Source: an uncultured Candidatus Saccharibacteria bacterium
Lineage (GTDB): Bacteria > Patescibacteriota > WWE3 > 2-01-FULL-39-13
Reading direction: 5' to 3'
Assembly: GCA_965230915.1 (NCBI GenBank)
Contig: OZ246395.1
Location: 140,019-204,018, forward strand
Length of the DNA stretch: 64,000 nt
This document shows, in pieces, positions 1-8,509 of this stretch (position 1 is its first letter; the number at the start of each line of letters is the position of its first letter). Below the pieces are notes generated by a model, which worked only from the letters and a program-made list of their open reading frames with translations, did not search any database and had not been told where the DNA came from. The position numbers and the translations under genes are program-made.

Positions 1-654
1 TACGTCGGGTACGATGATAGCGCTTCGTTAAGCGATTTTGTGCAAGATAATCCATCATGCATAGTTTTATTTGATGAAATAGACAAAGCTCACCCTGAGG
101 TTTTGACTTCGTTACTTCACATAATGGATGAAGGAGAAATTCGCAACAACACTGGTGAAATCGTTTCATTTGAAAACGTAATCATTTTGATGACCAGTAA
201 CCACGGGGCAGAGTTAATTATGAAAGAAGACATAGGATTTGGCCGATTGGAAGACAAATCAAAGAAGCAAATTATTAAATCTAAAGCAGAATGGGCAGAC
301 AAAATTCAAGAATATATTAAAACAGTAATGAAGCCGGAATTCCTTAACAGATTTGACGATATTATTATTTACAATCAGCTAGATGAAGAGGCGATGCTTA
401 AGATTTTAGATTTAATGATCGAACCAATGACTTTGAATTTAAGAAAGAGAAATATCAAGTTCACAGTTACAAAGTCGGCGAAAAAATATCTTGTTAAGAA
501 ATGTAACGCAAAAGAATATGGAGCACGTGAACTTCGACGGGTTTTGAACAAAGAGGTCGCCGATTCTATTTCGAAGGTTCTATTCACTAATGAAAAAATC
601 AAAAGAATTAATGTAACCACCAAAGAAGAGGTTTTAGATATTAGTTCTCAATAA
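1..654 (+). CDS. clpC: Clp/Hsp100 AAA+ ATPase (ClpC/ClpB type), C-terminal part; 5'-truncated by the window
   Basis: Frame is open from base 1 (YVGYDD pore loop). Walker B IVLFDEIDKAHPEV, ILMTSN, PEFLNRFD and YGARELRR are present. Position upstream of radA and a PIN/TRAM gene matches clpC synteny. Confidence 0.85.
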   Translation, partial: YVGYDDSASLSDFVQDNPSCIVLFDEIDKAHPEVLTSLLHIMDEGEIRNNTGEIVSFENVIILMTSNHGAELIMKEDIGFGRLEDKSKKQIIKSKAEWADKIQEYIKTVMKPEFLNRFDDIIIYNQLDEEAMLKILDLMIEPMTLNLRKRNIKFTVTKSAKKYLVKKCNAKEYGARELRRVLNKEVADSISKVLFTNEKIKRINVTTKEEVLDISSQ

Positions 655-1516
655 ACGGTAGGTAAGTGTCCGGTCTTTCATTCTTAATTTCAGGCATATA
701 AATTTCTTTAGTTTGGTTATCTGCGATTATTTTCTCGATCCGGTCTTTGTAGTATTCGGTGCGTAAAAATTCACTAAATCGTCTTTCTTCATCGCAGCTG
801 TTTCCGCCAACGCCTACGGCATAAAGTGTTCCGGCAAATTCAAGTGGAGAACCACTATTCCCAGGGCAAATTCCAATTTCTGGATTGTAAGGATCTTGGC
901 ATTTTATTCTAGAGCCTTCGTAGTTTCGACATAGAAATTGGGCTGTAGCATCTTCTAAAATTGGAGATGTTTCTCCAGTCTCGGTTTGTCCCCATCCGAC
1001 GAGTGTTGAAGTCATAATTTCCCCCAGCTGAGGGTGAACTGTATCTGTATAAATATTTAATGGTCGGATATATTCAGTCTCGGTTATTTTTGGAATTTTA
1101 ATTAAAGCAATGTCATCTTCTTTGTTAATTGGATCAAAAGGTATAACTTTTACGGCTCTAACCACAACTTCACCATCTTCTAATTCATTTTTTTGAATTC
1201 CACCTAGGCTTAATTTTATTCCCTGTGGGGGAACATTTCCCCAATCGACGCAGTGGCCGCAGGTTAAGACCCACTCATCATTAATTAGTGTTCCCATTCC
1301 GGTTCCTCGAGAACTTTGAATCAAAACGACCCAAGGGTGTTCTCCTCGTTCGGTAGGATTAGCTCCAGATAAGTCAGGTTCAACGGTTTGTGATGGATAT
1401 ACAAATTCTTCTGGCAGTTTGCCGAAATCTTTTAAGTAAGCAAGATCTCCTTCAGCCTGGTTTATTGAAAATTCATAAGGTGGAATATCGTTGTAGGTTT
1501 CTATATTGGCTTCCAT
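641..1516 (-). CDS. Trypsin-like (S1) serine protease; ATG start 1516 preferred, TTG at 1567 possible
   Basis: WVLTCGHC (His), DDIALIKI (Asp), LVGWG and ICPGNSGSPL (Ser) motifs. Confidence 0.8.
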   Translation of the reverse strand: MEANIETYNDIPPYEFSINQAEGDLAYLKDFGKLPEEFVYPSQTVEPDLSGANPTERGEHPWVVLIQSSRGTGMGTLINDEWVLTCGHCVDWGNVPPQGIKLSLGGIQKNELEDGEVVVRAVKVIPFDPINKEDDIALIKIPKITETEYIRPLNIYTDTVHPQLGEIMTSTLVGWGQTETGETSPILEDATAQFLCRNYEGSRIKCQDPYNPEIGICPGNSGSPLEFAGTLYAVGVGGNSCDEERRFSEFLRTEYYKDRIEKIIADNQTKEIYMPEIKNERPDTYLPFIEN

Positions 1517-1613
1517 ATTTTTATAATAAAAAACTTCTGCGGACTTAGCTATCTTATTGGGTCTCAAATTCTTGAGATAAGATAGCTAAGCCGCTTGAGG
1601 CTGGTCAGAGGTT

Positions 1614-1871
1614 TTAGTCTCTAAAGTCAGAAGGCCTCATGATGCCCAATCTGATTGCCTCGGCCTGGCACGTCACGCACTTTGCCATGTGAGCAATCTT
1701 GCTCTGGTAAACGTTGCCCTCGTAATCGGTCTCTGTCTCGTCGAGCAATCCTTGGAACTCTTCTGCACTCAGGCAGCCCCGAGTTGGGGGATCTGGCTTA
1801 AAGATAGCTGCTAATAGCTTCCCTAGGCCCGCGCGTTCTTTCGGGGTTAGCTCTTTTTTGCTCATGTTCAT
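1614..1871 (-). CDS. Small protein with zinc-binding anti-sigma (zf-HC2-like) motif
   Basis: CLSAEEF...HMAKCVTC (HxxxCxxC). GAAGGAGAG lies just before the ATG at 1871, and there is a dedicated promoter upstream. Confidence 0.55.
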   Translation of the reverse strand: MNMSKKELTPKERAGLGKLLAAIFKPDPPTRGCLSAEEFQGLLDETETDYEGNVYQSKIAHMAKCVTCQAEAIRLGIMRPSDFRD

Positions 1872-1916
1872 CTCTCCTTCATCCGTAGTCGTATGTGTTA
1901 ATTCGAATTCGCCGTG

Positions 1917-1945
1917 ATTATACATCTATTTAAGGCAGGTTTCAA
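1917..1945 (-). promoter_or_regulatory. Sigma70-type promoter of the 1871 gene
   Basis: TTGAAA-17 nt-TATAAT on the minus strand. Confidence 0.65.
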
Positions 1946-2062
1946 TACTATAGGGTGCCTATATGGCAAAAAAAGAGGAGGTATCTTATCTAGCAGCGAA
2001 CAAATTCGCTTACCTTGCTTTCGCAAAGTTAGATTTGATACCTCCTTATGTTGCGGCAGAAA

Positions 2063-2425
2063 TTACCACTCGTCGTCTTCGTCTTTTTCTAGTTTCTCTA
2101 GGATCTCTGTTTGGCGCTCATAAATTCGGCCAACTTTGTTCATGATCCATAGTGCTCCGTAAACCAATACAATATCGCGGGCAAGGGCGATACTATTCGG
2201 ATCTGAAAAGCTAGCTGCGCCAAAGAACATCCACATGCCAATTATTACTGCCAATGGAGCCGAAGAGTCTCCGCCAAAAAACTTCCTGTGCAGAGCATAA
2301 ACCGAGCCTACTACAAGAGTTAACATTGAAAGAACGAATATTCCAAATCCAACCCAACCAGATACGTTCATCATGATTGGGTTGATCAGCTTGGCTTGCT
2401 CTTGCAACCACTGAATAGGGTCCAT
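2063..2425 (-). CDS. Small hypothetical membrane protein (about 3 TM helices, acidic C-terminus)
   Basis: 120-aa ORF with three hydrophobic stretches; no family recognised. Confidence 0.6.
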   Translation of the reverse strand: MDPIQWLQEQAKLINPIMMNVSGWVGFGIFVLSMLTLVVGSVYALHRKFFGGDSSAPLAVIIGMWMFFGAASFSDPNSIALARDIVLVYGALWIMNKVGRIYERQTEILEKLEKDEDDEW

Positions 2426-2644
2426 TTTATTGACTCATCTTTCTAGTAGTATGGCGAAAACATAATAATCTAAACGCTTTTAGATTGCGACATTATATAC
2501 TAATTTCGTTAATAAATCTGTCATGCCTTTCAGCTATTGCTGAAAGAATGCGAAGAAACTGAGTCATTACTTCCGTTTTATAGGAAGATAGCAGAAGTGT
2601 AACTTCTGCGTTACATTCGGTAAAAATTGGGGTATATTTTCTTT

Positions 2645-4027
2645 ATGCCTAAGAAATCTTCAACAGTATTTGTATGTACAGAATGCGGAAACGAATTTTC
2701 AAGATGGGAAGGTCAGTGTCCAGCTTGCAAAGCATGGAACACTTTAGTCGAAATGGACGCGGTTCCACATTCATTCGGAAAAAGTGGTAGAGGGTCAGGA
2801 AGCGGAAAGTCGCCATCAAAAAAATCCGGAGAATTAATAAAACCAAAAAAATTATCATCGATTGATCCGTCAGAATTTGTAAGAACAACAACTGGTATTC
2901 CAGAACTAGATCGCACAATAGGCGGGGGACTAGTTAGCGGGCAAGTAATTTTATTGGGTGGTCATCCAGGTATCGGAAAATCCACATTACTATTACAACT
3001 TGCTGCAACATTCGGTAAAAAAGTTTTGTATGCATCAGGTGAAGAATCCGAATCACAAATTGCACTGCGCGCCGACAGATTAAAAATAAAAACGGAACAA
3101 ATAGAAATACTTTCAACAGGAAACATTGATGCAATATTACATTCGGCATCGCCGAATGCAGGAATGAGCGAAGCGAAGACCGCTCAAAACACCGATGAAG
3201 AAACAGGTTTAATAATAATCGATTCGATTCAAGTAATGTATACCGACGATATAGATTCTCAAGCGGGAAGCGTTACGCAAATTCGTGAGTGCGCTGCGCG
3301 AATTGTTACTTATGCAAAATCAGAAAATATTCCAGTAATAATTGTCGGTCACATTACTAAAGAAGGAACAATTGCTGGGCCAAAAATTTTAGAGCACATG
3401 GTTGATACAGTTTTATATTTAGAAGGCGACAGGCAACATTTATTCAGAATGATGCGCGTAAATAAAAATCGATTTGGCGACGACAGTGAAGTCGGGATTT
3501 TTTCTATGGATACAAACGGATTACAAGGTGTTGCAAATCCATCATCAATTTTATTAGAAGATTCAACCGCAGGGTCAATCGGCACCGCTGTTGCAATAAT
3601 TTTAGAAGGCAGTCGTCCGCTTGCAGTCGAAGTTCAAGCGTTAACAACAAAAACTTCTTTCGGATATCCAAAGCGCGCCGTTAGTGGTTTCAGCCTTAAC
3701 AGACTGCAATTACTGTGTGCGGTTATTCAGAAAAAATTAAATTTAAATTTATTAGATCAAGACGTTTATTTAAATGTTGCATCGGGATTAAACGTTAAGG
3801 AACCCGCAATAGATCTAGCAGTTTGCGCAGCTATAGTTTCAAGTTATTTAGAACGCGCAATAAAACCAAGCACAGTTTTTTTTGGCGAAGTTGGCCTTGG
3901 TGGAGAAATAAGAAATGTTGTTGCAAGCGATCGCAGAATTAAAGAAGCAAAAAATTTAGGTTATAAAGAAATTTGCTATCCAAAAAACATTAAAACCATC
4001 GCAAAAGTATCAACAACTCTGTTATAA
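2645..4027 (+). CDS. radA: DNA repair protein RadA/Sms
   Basis: CTECG...CPAC zinc finger, Walker A GHPGIGKST, KNRFG motif and Lon-like C-terminal domain; ATG at 2645. Confidence 0.97.
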   Translation: MPKKSSTVFVCTECGNEFSRWEGQCPACKAWNTLVEMDAVPHSFGKSGRGSGSGKSPSKKSGELIKPKKLSSIDPSEFVRTTTGIPELDRTIGGGLVSGQVILLGGHPGIGKSTLLLQLAATFGKKVLYASGEESESQIALRADRLKIKTEQIEILSTGNIDAILHSASPNAGMSEAKTAQNTDEETGLIIIDSIQVMYTDDIDSQAGSVTQIRECAARIVTYAKSENIPVIIVGHITKEGTIAGPKILEHMVDTVLYLEGDRQHLFRMMRVNKNRFGDDSEVGIFSMDTNGLQGVANPSSILLEDSTAGSIGTAVAIILEGSRPLAVEVQALTTKTSFGYPKRAVSGFSLNRLQLLCAVIQKKLNLNLLDQDVYLNVASGLNVKEPAIDLAVCAAIVSSYLERAIKPSTVFFGEVGLGGEIRNVVASDRRIKEAKNLGYKEICYPKNIKTIAKVSTTLL

Positions 4028-4216
4028 TCTGAGTTATAAAGTATAGCGAAGATTAATAGAGAATTTGTAAAAATTCGCTTCTAATCTCGCCTATATAAGA
4101 AGCAACGGAAATAATACTTAATGTAAAAACATGAATGAATCATGCGATTAAACTTTTTGTTTATTGATTCAAAGTTTTTCCTCACTTCACGGTTCGCACA
4201 AAAACATAAACATGTT

Positions 4217-5203
4217 ATGGACAGTTTTAAACAGTTAACTAAAAACATTTATCAAAAATATATTCGCCCAAATGCGAAATATTTGTGGTCATTAGCCCTT
4301 GCAACACTCGCTTTTATTTTAGCTAGACATTTTTATTTTAAAGACAATCCATTATTATCAATCCAATATTTAGGCGAAACGATAGTTGAAGCTGCAGCCT
4401 TTCTCATTTTCTTTTTTTACGGATTAACAATAATCCAAATGATAGGTAAGGGATTAGAAAGCTTTTTTGTTAGAGTTTTATATCAAGCTTACACTCGCGC
4501 ATACACTGAGTTTTGGAAAGTTCAGACGGCAAGATTAGTTGAGGCAATAAAACGTGACCAACCCGATTTAACTATCACGACGGCCCCTAATGAAAAAACA
4601 GAATATCCACGTGACAGTATTGTGCTTGATACATCAACCATAATTGACGGACGAATACTTGGTGCAATTCAAACTGGGTTTTTAGACAATCCACTTATTG
4701 TTCCACAAAATGTTGTAGATGAATTGCAGCACATGGCCGATAAGAGTAATGATATGAAGCGTCAGAAAGGTCGTAGAGGCCTCGATACATTAAAAGACAT
4801 ACGTAAGGCGGCTGGAAAGGGTAACTTCAAGATAGTCGATTTAAAGAACAATACAGACCCAGTCGATAAAACATTGGTTGCTTTCTGCAAAGAACAAAAG
4901 TGCAAACTAGCAACAGTAGACTTTAATCTTAATAAAGTAGCACAAGTAGCAGGCGTAAAAGTATTAAACATAAATAACCTTGCGAATGAGATTAAAACCA
5001 ACTTGCTCCCAGGCGAGTCACTATTAATTAAGCTCGTTCAAACAGGCAAAGAAGAAAACCAGGCGGTCGGCTTTCTAGAAGACGGCACTATGATTGTCAT
5101 TAAGAATGCCTCTGAATATATTGGGGAAAGCAAAGAGGTCGTGGTTGAAAAGGTATTACAGACTAGCGCAGGACGTATGGTGTTTGCCACAATAAACGGT
5201 TAA
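4217..5203 (+). CDS. Membrane-anchored PIN/TRAM domain protein (YacL-like)
   Basis: N-terminal TM helices, LDTSTIIDGR PIN motif, TVDFNLNKVA, and TRAM signature GFLEDGTMIVI...LQTSAGRMVFA. Confidence 0.9.
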   Translation: MDSFKQLTKNIYQKYIRPNAKYLWSLALATLAFILARHFYFKDNPLLSIQYLGETIVEAAAFLIFFFYGLTIIQMIGKGLESFFVRVLYQAYTRAYTEFWKVQTARLVEAIKRDQPDLTITTAPNEKTEYPRDSIVLDTSTIIDGRILGAIQTGFLDNPLIVPQNVVDELQHMADKSNDMKRQKGRRGLDTLKDIRKAAGKGNFKIVDLKNNTDPVDKTLVAFCKEQKCKLATVDFNLNKVAQVAGVKVLNINNLANEIKTNLLPGESLLIKLVQTGKEENQAVGFLEDGTMIVIKNASEYIGESKEVVVEKVLQTSAGRMVFATING

Positions 5204-5908
5204 ACGAGAGATTTATTTCTCAAAGTTCATGCCCGCAAGCGGCTAACATTTCATATCTACGGTAAATTTTTCATAATAAATTTCCATTCAACTATCAGTC
5301 TTAAGGTTTCTAATGTGTATTGAAAAAGGGGATAAGAAAAGCCGAGCCAATGATGGCTTAACTCGCCATCGCTCGCCCGGCAGGATAATTACTAAAGTTC
5401 AGGACAGGTGAAACTTTAGGATTATTTATATTTAAAATGTAACACACTGGCATGTCATGTCAACACCTGTATTGGGCTAATTTCGGGTGTTTTGAGTAAA
5501 TAAATTGAGGGTAAAATTTTGAAGGGTACAGTAATTGTGCTAATCGCTCAAAAATACCGCTATGTCAGGCCGAATGCATTATCTAGAGTGTTTCCCAGTA
5601 AAAATGCTGATAAAACTGCGTGGCTTGGGGAATTTTTGTACACTGTATCAGATGGGCTGATATAAGTGATAATAGCCGTATCCTCGGGCTAGTTACTATG
5701 GGGTCGGTGTCGAACGTCGATTTCCTATTGCTAAAGAAAGATCGAAGTGTTAACCTTACCACGTTACAAAGTTTCCACTCCTGTTAAGCATCCAAGAGAT
5801 ATACGTGCTTTTTCCATTTCGCCGAGCCGAATTATCACTAACTGTAAAAACAGAAGAAGGTAAACGCTAGTTTCCTTATTTTTTATTTTTTAATTCAATT
5901 CAATAACA

Positions 5909-7138
5909 ATGAATAACAAATCCTCAGATACAACCAATGTGGTTGACTACAATGATCTAGTAAATGGTTCTGCAAATGGGGGAACATCCTCTAAATCCTC
6001 TAATAATGAAGCATCATATAAAGTAGACGGAGTTCTCGAAGTTAAACAAGATTACGGAGTATTAAGACAAGAAAGACCAGCAGGATATGATGATAGCTCT
6101 AATCTTCCCAAAGATGTTTATGTTGCTCCAACTCAAATCAATAAATTTGGCTTAAGAAAAGGCGACCGAATCGAAGGAGTTGCTCGTGCTCCAAAAGAAG
6201 GCGAAAGATACTTGTCTCTATTAAAGATAGAACGTGTTGAAGGTATCTCAGCTGATCAAGCTAGAAACAGACCACGATTTGAGAATTTAGTCCCAATTCA
6301 TCCAAATGAAAGAATTAAACTAGAAACAAAAGGAGATGTTTTAACAACTCGCTTAATAGACTTACTTGCGCCAATAGGTAAGGGACAACGTGGAATGATT
6401 GTTGCTCCACCTAAAGCAGGTAAAACTTGGTTGCTACAACATATTGCAACCGGAGTTTCTGAAAATCATAAAGAAATTAAAATAATGGTTGTTCTAATCG
6501 GTGAGCGTCCAGAAGAAGTCACTGAAATGAGTAGAACTGTTAAAGGTGAAATTTGGGCATCGAACTTTGATGAACCTCCAGAAAGACAAGTTGAAGTTGC
6601 TGAAAATGCTTTAGAGCGTGCAAAACGTTTAGCGGAAAAAGGCGATGACGTCTTTATATTAATGGACTCTATTACACGTTTAGCTCGAGCATATAACATG
6701 GTAGAACCACCAAGTGGAAGAACTTTAACCGGAGGTTTTGACCCAGCTGCGCTATATCCACCAAAAAGATTTTTTGGAGCTGCACGTAACTTCGAAGATG
6801 GCGGATCACTTACTATTATAGCTACCGCCTTAGTCGACACTGGTTCAAGAATGGACGACGTTATTTTTGAAGAATTCAAAGGTACCGGAAACATGGAACT
6901 ATTCTTAGATAGAACTTTGGCTGAAAGAAGAATATTCCCAGCATTTGATATTCGAAGATCTATGACTCGTCATGAAGAACTTCTATATACAAAGAAAGAA
7001 GCTGAAAAAGTTTTGACTCTTAGAAGAATGATCGACTTGTTAGACGATAAAGAATCTACACAGGTTGTTATCGAAAGATTGAAGAAAACTAAAACCAATG
7101 ATGAGTTTTTAGAGACTCTATCGAACGGTAAAATCTAA
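5909..7138 (+). CDS. rho: Transcription termination factor Rho
   Basis: PIGKGQRGMIVAPPKAGKT, ERPEEV, DSITRLARAYN and EEFKGTGNMEL. Confidence 0.97.
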   Translation: MNNKSSDTTNVVDYNDLVNGSANGGTSSKSSNNEASYKVDGVLEVKQDYGVLRQERPAGYDDSSNLPKDVYVAPTQINKFGLRKGDRIEGVARAPKEGERYLSLLKIERVEGISADQARNRPRFENLVPIHPNERIKLETKGDVLTTRLIDLLAPIGKGQRGMIVAPPKAGKTWLLQHIATGVSENHKEIKIMVVLIGERPEEVTEMSRTVKGEIWASNFDEPPERQVEVAENALERAKRLAEKGDDVFILMDSITRLARAYNMVEPPSGRTLTGGFDPAALYPPKRFFGAARNFEDGGSLTIIATALVDTGSRMDDVIFEEFKGTGNMELFLDRTLAERRIFPAFDIRRSMTRHEELLYTKKEAEKVLTLRRMIDLLDDKESTQVVIERLKKTKTNDEFLETLSNGKI

Positions 7139-7263
7139 GCTTCGGTAAGCCATTCCAGCCAAGTTGCAAATTATCAATCCTAATGTATAGTTGGCAATAG
7201 GCTGGAACAAAATGTACTATTATATTTATAGACATTTTGTTAAAACCTTAAGCAATACAACCT

Positions 7264-8418
7264 ATGAAATCCACCATTAGGCGAGGCGCCACCGATACGC
7301 TTCGACCGATTGTTGAATATCTCACTCAATTTGGAGCATTTGGCTCTGCCGTATTCGATTACCTTTTCAAGAAGATTGGACAGGCGTTCCAACTTGCGCA
7401 CTATGTAACCATCAAACAAATTGAAATCCTCGTTGGGATAAAATTCAAAACTGTTTCCAGTTTAATATGGTCAGGCGGAAAAGTCGGACGGAATATTCGC
7501 TATATATTTATTGTACTTTTTGTTTGGACAATTTTTTTAGCAGGGGGAATTTTTCAAGGGCAACTTGTCAGCAAAGAAGGGTCAAGCCGCGACGAATTTT
7601 TAGCCACAAACGATTTCATTTTAGCCGAAGCAACCGCTGCCACCGATACTGGTGAGCGCTCGTTATTAGATGAGCCGATTTCTCATACAGTTGCCGAAGG
7701 TGAAACACTAGATAGCATTGGTCAAAAATATAATATTTCAATTGAATCGATTAAATTTGCTAATACTTTAACATCTGAAAAATTAAAAGTGGGTCAGGTT
7801 TTAACAATACCTCCCGTCGATGGAACAATTCATAAAGTTGCTAAAGGCGATACTATAGAAACACTTTCAAGAAGGTATAGAGTTCCATCTCAGATTATTG
7901 TGGACTTTAATTATTTAGATGCTCCATATACTTTAACTGAAGGTCAGTTAATCACAATTCCAGATGCGCAGGTTCCACAGGCTGAAAGATTTTATGCTGG
8001 AACAAATTCATATGATAGTTCAGCTTACGGGATTATTCCTTATGCGGGGTCAGGTGCAAAAGGAACGGGTCAATTTGTTTGGCCATTCTCAGGAATCATT
8101 ACGCAAACATTTAGCAGCTATCACCCTGGCTTAGATATCGCCGCAAATAGTGGAGATATTATTGCTGCGGATAAAGGAACTGTTATTCGTGCAGGTTGGT
8201 GGCAAGGCGGTTACGGAAACGCAGTCCAAGTCGACCATGGTAATGGTTCTGTTACAACGTATGCTCACATGAGTGTAATTTCAGTATCTACTGGAGATGA
8301 AGTTCAGCAAGGTCAGAAACTTGGAGTTGTCGGATCAACCGGTCGTTCTACTGGTCCACACTTACACTTCACTATACAAAAAGACGGTCATTACATTGAT
8401 CCACTAAAGGAGCTTTAA
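7264..8418 (+). CDS. Membrane-anchored LysM-LysM-M23 peptidoglycan endopeptidase
   Basis: TM segment, two LysM repeats (HTVAEGETL..., HKVAKGDTI...), M23 motifs HPGLD, YAH and STGPHLHF. Confidence 0.92.
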   Translation: MKSTIRRGATDTLRPIVEYLTQFGAFGSAVFDYLFKKIGQAFQLAHYVTIKQIEILVGIKFKTVSSLIWSGGKVGRNIRYIFIVLFVWTIFLAGGIFQGQLVSKEGSSRDEFLATNDFILAEATAATDTGERSLLDEPISHTVAEGETLDSIGQKYNISIESIKFANTLTSEKLKVGQVLTIPPVDGTIHKVAKGDTIETLSRRYRVPSQIIVDFNYLDAPYTLTEGQLITIPDAQVPQAERFYAGTNSYDSSAYGIIPYAGSGAKGTGQFVWPFSGIITQTFSSYHPGLDIAANSGDIIAADKGTVIRAGWWQGGYGNAVQVDHGNGSVTTYAHMSVISVSTGDEVQQGQKLGVVGSTGRSTGPHLHFTIQKDGHYIDPLKEL

Positions 8419-8509
8419 AAAAACTTGATATATCAATATTTTTTGTTGGCGCATTGGTGTCATGGTCTGTCATATTGCATAATATTTGTAGCTATTGGAC
8501 AATCTTTAC

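Noticed and set aside
2591-2609. Perfect 8-bp inverted repeat GCAGAAGT-gta-ACTTCTGC upstream of radA
   Set aside because: It is a single occurrence that matches no operator I recognise (not a LexA or CtsR box), so it is too weak to call.
5345-5375. Fluoride riboswitch (GCGATGG on the minus strand)
   Set aside because: The rest of the consensus and a downstream crcB-type gene are absent.
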